NCBI GenBank assembly: GCA_047639355.1
Contig: JBLIOC010000001.1
Location: forward strand, 3,215 to 67,214
From: Minisyncoccia bacterium
Lineage (GTDB): Bacteria; Patescibacteriota; Minisyncoccia; Phycocordibacterales; UBA918
DNA: 64,000 nucleotides
Direction: 5' to 3'
The notes under the pieces were generated by a model, which was not told the origin of the DNA, ran no database searches, and saw only the letters and a program-made list of their open reading frames with translations. Numbering within the stretch: position 1 is the first letter of the stretch; every line of letters starts with the position of its first letter. The translations under genes and the position numbers were made by a program. This document shows, piece after piece, positions 57,644 to 64,000 of this stretch.

Positions 57644-57670
57644 GACATTATCCGTTTATAGCTTTATAAT
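57642..57670 (+). promoter_or_regulatory. perfect-consensus sigma70 promoter of grpE-dnaK
   Basis: TTGACA-17 bp-TATAAT. Confidence 0.85.
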
Positions 57671-57679
57671 ACGATCCCT

Positions 57680-58282
57680 ATGGTGAATATGAACAACGAT
57701 CAGGCTGACACAGAGTTAGATGTCACCAAACACGAAGATTTGGAAATAGATGAAACTGAAGTAGTGGACATCGAAGAGAACAGTGGTGCCAAGCTTAAAA
57801 AAATGCGTGAGAAGTTGGCTCGCTGTGAAGAAGAAAAGAAACAGATTCTGGACGAATCTCAGAGAACACGCGCTGACTTTTTAAATGCTCGTAAGAGACT
57901 TGAGGAGGAGAGGACTAGAGATAGAGCCAGGCACCAGCAGCAACACATAATGGAATTACTACCACTTTGTGATAGCTTCCAAATGGCTATGAACAATACT
58001 GAGGCTTGGGAGAAGGCTGACAAAGCCTGGCGAACTGGCGTGGAAGGAATCAGTACACAGCTATTAAACATTCTAGAATCATATGGTGTCAAAGCTGTAG
58101 ACCCTCAGGGGGAACACTTTAATCCACATCGTGATGAAGCCATAGGAACCGAAGATGTTGATGACAAAAAATTTGTTGATACCGTTGTCACGGTTATACA
58201 GCGAGGGTACGAGATGAAAACAACCGACTCTTCAGAAATTATCCGTCACGCACGTGTCACAACTGGAAAATTGAAAGAATAA
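57680..58282 (+). CDS. grpE: nucleotide exchange factor GrpE
   Basis: RADFLNARKR, FNPHRDEA, QRGY, IRHARV. Confidence 0.95.
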   Translation: MVNMNNDQADTELDVTKHEDLEIDETEVVDIEENSGAKLKKMREKLARCEEEKKQILDESQRTRADFLNARKRLEEERTRDRARHQQQHIMELLPLCDSFQMAMNNTEAWEKADKAWRTGVEGISTQLLNILESYGVKAVDPQGEHFNPHRDEAIGTEDVDDKKFVDTVVTVIQRGYEMKTTDSSEIIRHARVTTGKLKE

Positions 58283-58304
58283 ATTTGAAAATTAATAAAT
58301 CACT

Positions 58305-60215
58305 ATGGCAAAAATAATTGGAATTGACTTAGGAACAACTAACTGTGCCGTGGCCATCATCGAAGCTGGTGAACCTGTCATTATAGAAAATAGTGAAGGT
58401 ACGCGAACCACACCTTCAGTTGTAGCTATTTCAAAAACTAACGAAAGACTAGTCGGACAAATTGCAAAAAGACAAGCTGTTACCAACCCAACAAATACCA
58501 TTTATGGTATTAAGCGCTTCATGGGTCATAATTTTGAAGATGAAGTAGTACAAAAGGACAAAGATATTGTTCCGTATATAATCAAAAAGGGGACAGATGG
58601 TGGCGTTGTTGTAGTTTTAGATGATAAAGATTATCGCCCGGAAGAAATTTCTGCGATGATTTTGAGCAAGATTAAGACTGATGTTGAAGCGAAGCTTGGT
58701 GAAAGAATCACAGAGGCTGTTATTACTGTGCCAGCATACTTTGACGATTCCCAACGAAAAGCTACTCAGGACGCAGGAAAAATTGCTGGACTTGAGGTTA
58801 AGCGAATTATTAATGAACCCACGGCAGCAGCTTTAGCGTACGGTTTTAACAAAAAGAACGATGAGAAGATCGTAGTTTATGACTTTGGCGGAGGAACTTT
58901 TGACGTGACCGTACTTGAAGTTGGTGACGGTGTTGTGGAAGTTCAGTCAACTGATGGAAATGCGCACATGGGCGGGCGTGACATCGATCAGGGAATTGTT
59001 CGATTCTTGATTGAAGAATTCAAAAAATCATCTGGTGTCGATTTAGGTAAAGACAAGCTAGCTCTACAACGACTCGATGAGTCTGCCGAGAAGGCAAAGC
59101 TTGAACTATCGTCAACCCCAGAAACTAGCATCAACATTCCTTTTATTTCTCAAGGGTCAGATGGGCCACTACACATGGACGAAAAGCTTACACGTACTAA
59201 GCTTGAAGAAATTGCACACGAGTATGTTGATAAATCAATTGAAATAACCAAGCGTGCATTGGAAGCTTCTGGTTTTAAAAAAGAAGATATTGATGAAATT
59301 ATTCTAGTTGGTGGCCAGACAAGAATGCCAGCTATTCAAAACGCAGTAAAAGAACTGTTCGGCAAGGAACCAAACCGTACTATTAACCCAGATGAAGTTG
59401 TGGCTCTTGGTGCCGCTATCCAGGCTGGGATCTTTCAGGGAGACGTGCAAGACATAACTCTAGTAGATGTAATCCCACTCTCTTTAGGTATAGAGACAAT
59501 GGGAACCGTAAATACTAAAGTTATTGAAAAAAATACTCATATTCCAACTAAGAAACAACAGGTTTTCTCAACAGCAGCTGATAATCAAACTTCGACTGAA
59601 ATTCACATTGTCCAAGGAGAGCGGCCAATGGCAAACGACAATAAATCCCTTGGAAAATTTGTTCTCGACGGAATTCCCCCAGCTCCGCGTGGAGTCCCTC
59701 AGGTAGAAGTTACTTTTGATGTCGACAGTAACGGAGTACTAAACGTAACTGCTAAAGACAAATCTACTGGTAAAGAACAATCTATCCGAATAGAAGCTAA
59801 CTCTGGACTCACAGAAGAAGACATTGAACGTATGAAGAAAGAGGCGGAGGAGCACGCAGGGGAAGATGAAAAAAAGAAAGAACTTATTGAAGCTAAGAAC
59901 CAAGCTGAACAAATGGTTTACACAGCGGAAAAGTCTCTTAAGGATCATGAGAAGGAGGTCCCAGAAGACGTCAAGACTGAAATTAACGAGAAAATAAAAA
60001 ACGTTAATGAAGTTAAAGACAAAGACGACAGAGATGAAATTCAAAAAGTTGTGGAGGAGTTAACTACTTCACTACAAAAAATTGGTGAGATTATGCAAAA
60101 GGCAGCTGAGGAAGCTAAGAAAACAGGTGATGAAAATCCGGCTGAACAAAAAGAAGATGAGCCGGTCGTTCATGATGCTGAAGAATCCGAAAAAAAAGAC
60201 GTCGATAGCAAATAG
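58305..60215 (+). CDS. dnaK: chaperone DnaK
   Basis: [29 protein letters not shown]. Confidence 0.98.
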   Translation: MAKIIGIDLGTTNCAVAIIEAGEPVIIENSEGTRTTPSVVAISKTNERLVGQIAKRQAVTNPTNTIYGIKRFMGHNFEDEVVQKDKDIVPYIIKKGTDGGVVVVLDDKDYRPEEISAMILSKIKTDVEAKLGERITEAVITVPAYFDDSQRKATQDAGKIAGLEVKRIINEPTAAALAYGFNKKNDEKIVVYDFGGGTFDVTVLEVGDGVVEVQSTDGNAHMGGRDIDQGIVRFLIEEFKKSSGVDLGKDKLALQRLDESAEKAKLELSSTPETSINIPFISQGSDGPLHMDEKLTRTKLEEIAHEYVDKSIEITKRALEASGFKKEDIDEIILVGGQTRMPAIQNAVKELFGKEPNRTINPDEVVALGAAIQAGIFQGDVQDITLVDVIPLSLGIETMGTVNTKVIEKNTHIPTKKQQVFSTAADNQTSTEIHIVQGERPMANDNKSLGKFVLDGIPPAPRGVPQVEVTFDVDSNGVLNVTAKDKSTGKEQSIRIEANSGLTEEDIERMKKEAEEHAGEDEKKKELIEAKNQAEQMVYTAEKSLKDHEKEVPEDVKTEINEKIKNVNEVKDKDDRDEIQKVVEELTTSLQKIGEIMQKAAEEAKKTGDENPAEQKEDEPVVHDAEESEKKDVDSK

Positions 60216-60292
60216 CTAAAACATCTTGACCAAGTTCTATTCGTAGACTCCTTACGCACTTGAGAAAGACAGCTTAATTATCAAATTCACTT

Positions 60293-61348
60293 ATGAAAGA
60301 CTATTACGAAATACTAGGCTTAGAGAAAGGTGTTCCAAAAGACGAGGTGAAAAAGGCTTTCCGTAAATTGGCTGCAAAGTATCATCCTGACAAGAAGACC
60401 GGTGACGAAGATAAATATAAAGAAATCACTGAGGCCTATGCTGTTCTTGGTGATGAAAAGAAAAAGGCTGAGTATGACACCTACGGACACTCCTTTAGTG
60501 GCGGAGGGCAGGGAGGCGGCGGGTTTAATTGGCAAGATTTTCAAGGTCAAGGCGGTGGACAGAGTTTTGAATTTGACCTCAACGATATATTTCAAAACTT
60601 TGGCTTTGGCGGCGAACGTCAGCAACCAGCTCGTGGCCGTGATGTTTCAATCGACATTAATCTTAAGTTTGATGAGTCAATTTTCGGAGTCACTCGTAAA
60701 GTTCTTATTACCAAAAATAATACCTGTAAAGAGTGCACTGGGAGCGGTGCTAAAAAAGGTACTAGTCTTGATACTTGCAATACATGTAACGGTCAGGGAA
60801 AAATTCGAGAAAACCGTCAAAGTGTCATGGGTAGTTTTTCTACAGTACGCGAATGTTCTACTTGTCGCGGAACTGGAAAAATTCCAAAGAATCGCTGTTC
60901 CACTTGTGTGGGTGCCGGTGTAGCCAGAACAGAAGAAGAAATTTCTATCAATGTTCCAGCCGGGATTCAAAATGGAGAAGTAATCCGTATGACAGGACAA
61001 GGCGAAGCGACACCAGGAGGTCAACCTGGTGACATGTACATAAAAGTCCATGTAGAATCTCATCAGACAATTAAACGTGAAGGTTCAACACTTACCACCA
61101 AGCTACCAATCAAACTCACTGACGCTCTTCTGGGAGCTACCTACACGGTTGAAACTCTTGACGAGACAGTTAATATTAAAATCCCTGCAGGAATAACTCA
61201 CGGGGAGCTAATTCGTATTAAAGAAAAAGGGGTCCCGGTTGAACGCGGCAGGGGGGACTTCATGGTAAAAATCTCTATTGAGACTCCAAAAAAACTATCA
61301 AAAAAGGCGCAAAAATTAGTGGAGGACCTACAGGGAGAAGGAATTTAG
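60293..61348 (+). CDS. dnaJ: chaperone DnaJ
   Basis: J domain HPD, G/F region, four CxxCxGxG. Confidence 0.97.
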   Translation: MKDYYEILGLEKGVPKDEVKKAFRKLAAKYHPDKKTGDEDKYKEITEAYAVLGDEKKKAEYDTYGHSFSGGGQGGGGFNWQDFQGQGGGQSFEFDLNDIFQNFGFGGERQQPARGRDVSIDINLKFDESIFGVTRKVLITKNNTCKECTGSGAKKGTSLDTCNTCNGQGKIRENRQSVMGSFSTVRECSTCRGTGKIPKNRCSTCVGAGVARTEEEISINVPAGIQNGEVIRMTGQGEATPGGQPGDMYIKVHVESHQTIKREGSTLTTKLPIKLTDALLGATYTVETLDETVNIKIPAGITHGELIRIKEKGVPVERGRGDFMVKISIETPKKLSKKAQKLVEDLQGEGI

Positions 61349-61370
61349 CACAACCTCTAGAACTTTTTAG

Positions 61371-61410
61371 AAATAGCTCATTAGTAATCTGTTACAAATG
61401 AGCTATTTTT
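61371..61410 (+). terminator. intrinsic terminator
   Basis: AAATAGCTCATT...AATGAGCTATTT. Confidence 0.75.
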
Positions 61411-61488
61411 GTGATTGCCGTTCATAGTTATGTCAATACTTAACTATTTATAAGTCTGCGCACTTTAAAAGTTTGATACTATGGAAGT

Positions 61489-61905
61489 ATGCCTCAACAA
61501 TCTACGCGATTTGATTTTGAAAATAAGAAGATTCCACTGAGTAGTTTTGCTTTGCACGAACAGATAATCGAAGATAGGGGCAGCCAGTACTCGGTGAGTT
61601 TTGGGTTAGTAAAAGGAAGGGAAGACATCAAACTATTCATAAAGCAGCTAAAGAAAAACAAGAAATATGCTAAAGCCACCCACAATAGTTGGGCAGCAAG
61701 AATTTCAAACGAAGGTGCGATTTACGAAACTAAATCAGACGATGGTGAGACAGGCTCAGGGATGGTTATCTTAAGGATAATGCAAAAAGAAGAAGTGAGT
61801 GACTGTGTGATTTGCGTTACACGATGGTTCGGAGGAGTTAAACTAATGGGAGACAGATTCAAGCATGTCCAAGACGCCACCAAATATGCAATTGCACAGA
61901 TGTAA
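61489..61905 (+). CDS. YigZ/IMPACT family protein (N-terminal domain only)
   Basis: ATHNSWA, DDGETGSG, VTRWFGGVKLMGDRFKH. Confidence 0.9.
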   Translation: MPQQSTRFDFENKKIPLSSFALHEQIIEDRGSQYSVSFGLVKGREDIKLFIKQLKKNKKYAKATHNSWAARISNEGAIYETKSDDGETGSGMVILRIMQKEEVSDCVICVTRWFGGVKLMGDRFKHVQDATKYAIAQM

Positions 61906-61959
61906 ACAAATTGTTTAAAGTATTGATTTTTTAATCGAAAGATGCACTATAATAGATAT

Positions 61960-62445
61960 ATGGACTGGGGATACATATTAAACTTCTTATATGAAATTGC
62001 ATATCTACTTGGAGTCTTTGGATTTTTTTTGTTTTTTTCAATATTTAAAGGTAGGCAGGCAATAATAAATGTTACTGTTGGTTTGTATTTAGCCCTATTG
62101 ATTTCAATAGAATTTCCAGGTTACGATGTGATTTTTAGAAGTATAGAAAGTACAGCATCATTAGCTGCAGCAAAATTAACTTTTTTTGCTCTCATAACAC
62201 TCCTCACTACAATTCTTTGTTACCGAATCATGCCTGATGAATTTAGAGAAGAAAATTTTGAAAGCCTGGGTAAAAAATTACTACTAGCGGCTGGTGCTTC
62301 TATTCTAGTGATGACTTTTAGTTTCAACGTCCTTCCAGTGACAGAATTCCTCACCCCTGGCACTCCACTCCAATTAATCTTTGCTCCCGAAACCTACTAC
62401 TTCTGGTGGCTCCTAGTACCACTAGTAATTTTGTATGTTGTATAA
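61960..62445 (+). CDS. multi-TM hypothetical membrane protein
   Basis: about 5 TMs; ATG 6 nt after TATAAT. Confidence 0.75.
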   Translation: MDWGYILNFLYEIAYLLGVFGFFLFFSIFKGRQAIINVTVGLYLALLISIEFPGYDVIFRSIESTASLAAAKLTFFALITLLTTILCYRIMPDEFREENFESLGKKLLLAAGASILVMTFSFNVLPVTEFLTPGTPLQLIFAPETYYFWWLLVPLVILYVV

Positions 62446-62574
62446 TGGAAGTATACCTATTTACACTTAGTGAATATAAATTGTAATTAAATCAATAATA
62501 TATCTCGGTATTGTTCAAAAGTAAATTTGTTATCGATATAATATGTTATAATATTCTAAATAATTTTTTTATAT

Positions 62575-62970
62575 ATGAAAACAGTACAATTCGGCTTGCA
62601 TTATATGCTTGATGGATACGGAGCATCTCGCGAGCTTCTTAAAGACAAAGATGCATTACTTAATATTCTAAAGACTTTACCTACTGAAATGGGGATGCAT
62701 ACTATTTGTGAACCAGTGGTAGTTGAAGTTGGTCCAAAAAACGATAAAGACCCAGGAGGGTTAAGCGGCTTTGTTTTGATTGCCGAGAGTCACATAAGTT
62801 TTCACACATTTCCAAATCGTGGTTTTGTCACAATTGACGTTTATACATGTCAAAATGAACTTGATACTGATAAATTGACGAAGAAATTTACTGAAGCTTT
62901 TCAACTTACAGAAGTTGACGAATCAGTTATGGCAAGGGGAACAAAGTACCCTATAGATAACATTTACTAA
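62575..62970 (+). CDS. speD: pyruvoyl-dependent S-adenosylmethionine decarboxylase family proenzyme
   Basis: GLSGFVLIAESHISFHTFP, DVYTC. Confidence 0.88.
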   Translation: MKTVQFGLHYMLDGYGASRELLKDKDALLNILKTLPTEMGMHTICEPVVVEVGPKNDKDPGGLSGFVLIAESHISFHTFPNRGFVTIDVYTCQNELDTDKLTKKFTEAFQLTEVDESVMARGTKYPIDNIY

Positions 62971-62985
62971 TATTTAGTCACACTT

Positions 62986-64000
62986 ATGAAATTAAATAAA
63001 AAACAAAAAACGCAGAAGGCAGATTTGCTTTCGAGAGCAGTTGGTCATTTTGATATAAAAAAACACGATACGCGAGATATTGTAAAAGCAATGGCAAAGA
63101 TGTCCTTTTCTGCCCGTGATCTATCGCGAGCATGTGAAATATACGATTTAATGCTTCGAGATAACAACTCTGCCGTTATTCTTTCCCTAGCTGGTAGCAC
63201 TAGTGCTGCGGGATGTCTTGATGTTTACACTGAAATGGTAGAAAGCAATATGGTAGACGCTATTGTGGCAACAGGAGCTTCCATAATTGACATGGACTTT
63301 TTCGAAGCACTCGGCTTTAAGCATTATCAAGGTAGTTCTAAAGAGGACGATGCAAAACTTAGAGAGTTGTATATAGACCGAATTTATGACACCTACATTG
63401 ACGAAGTTGAACTACAAGAAGTAGATTTAACAATAAAGGAAATTGCTGATAGTCTAGAAAAACGACCTTACTCCTCACAAGAATTTATTTGGGAGATGGG
63501 TAAGTGGATGTCAAAAAATCCAAAAAGGGTTAAAAAATCTGGATCACTTATTGAATTAGCTTACAAATACAATGTACCTATTTTCTGTCCAGCATTCTCT
63601 GATTGTAGTGCCGGGTTTGGTCTAGTGGCACATCAGGTAGAGAATCCAGACTCGTACTTATCAATTGACTCTGTAAAAGATTTTCACGATTTAACAAAAA
63701 TAAAGCTAGATTCAGGTAACACTGGGGTAGTGTACATTGGAGGAGGGGTACCCAAAAACTTTACTAACGATATAGTTATATGTGCTGAAATCTTGGGTAC
63801 AAACGTACCAATGCACAAGTACACTATCCAATTAACCGTTGCGGACGAACGAGATGGTGCGCTGTCAGGATCAACCCTAAAAGAAGCTCATTCCTGGGGT
63901 AAGGTTGGTCTAACTTACGAGCAGATGGTGTTCTCAGAAGCAACGATTTCGCTTCCAATCTTAGCCGGACACGCTTATCATTCTGGAGGATGGAAACGAC
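62986..64000 (+). CDS. deoxyhypusine synthase-like protein (bis(guanidino)-azanonane/homospermidine synthesis type), truncated by the window end
   Basis: hand translation MKLNKKQKTQKADLLSRAVGHFDIK...LAGSTSAAG...VATGASIIDMDFFEALG...GGGVPKNF...GALSGSTLKEAHSWGKV. Confidence 0.9.
   Translation, partial: MKLNKKQKTQKADLLSRAVGHFDIKKHDTRDIVKAMAKMSFSARDLSRACEIYDLMLRDNNSAVILSLAGSTSAAGCLDVYTEMVESNMVDAIVATGASIIDMDFFEALGFKHYQGSSKEDDAKLRELYIDRIYDTYIDEVELQEVDLTIKEIADSLEKRPYSSQEFIWEMGKWMSKNPKRVKKSGSLIELAYKYNVPIFCPAFSDCSAGFGLVAHQVENPDSYLSIDSVKDFHDLTKIKLDSGNTGVVYIGGGVPKNFTNDIVICAEILGTNVPMHKYTIQLTVADERDGALSGSTLKEAHSWGKVGLTYEQMVFSEATISLPILAGHAYHSGGWKR

Noticed and set aside
60402-60923. 173-aa alternative-frame ORF inside dnaJ, and similar shadow ORFs inside uvrB, the RND gene, leuS, alaS and rpoA
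   Set aside because: Fully nested in conserved genes with no motifs; expected by-products of codon bias
1-64000. Genome-wide UGA recoding (code 25 or 4)
   Set aside because: TGA ends conserved genes at their expected C-termini (uvrA, mnmA, the histidine kinase), and long genes have no internal TGA

Overview
AT-rich, gene-dense chromosomal window that reads as a Patescibacteria/CPR genome, probably Parcubacteria. The taxonomy is inferred from the C-terminally shortened AlaS, UvrC and uL13, the NUDIX-containing LeuRS, a GWISF-repeat surface protein and an FtsA-like/baseplate-J-like gene pair. It uses the standard code, since TGA terminates uvrA, mnmA and others. In order, the window holds: uvrB, a two-component/surface-protein locus, uvrA, uvrC, ddl; tRNA-Ala(TGC) followed by a structured element built from copies of the tRNA 3' end; two orphan genes; a copper cluster (thioredoxin, CcdA-multicopper oxidase fusion, cupredoxin, CopA, CopZ); an RND pump and adaptor; sppA; a candidate ncRNA; ychF; a small ORF with an in-frame TGA; leuS, mltG, mnmA; repair and peptidase genes; alaS; the infA-rpmJ-rpsM-rpsK-rpsD-rpoA-rplQ-rplM-rpsI cluster; grpE-dnaK-dnaJ; and a speD-like gene followed by a deoxyhypusine-synthase-like gene that runs off the window end. 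I saw no CRISPR array, integrase or transposase. The best leads are the tRNA-Ala-anchored repeat and cassette system, the CcdA-MCO fusion, the UxxC ORF with a SECIS-like hairpin, the orphan rod-shaped RNA, and pervasive leaderless promoters. All assignments come from motif recognition by eye; no database searches were run.
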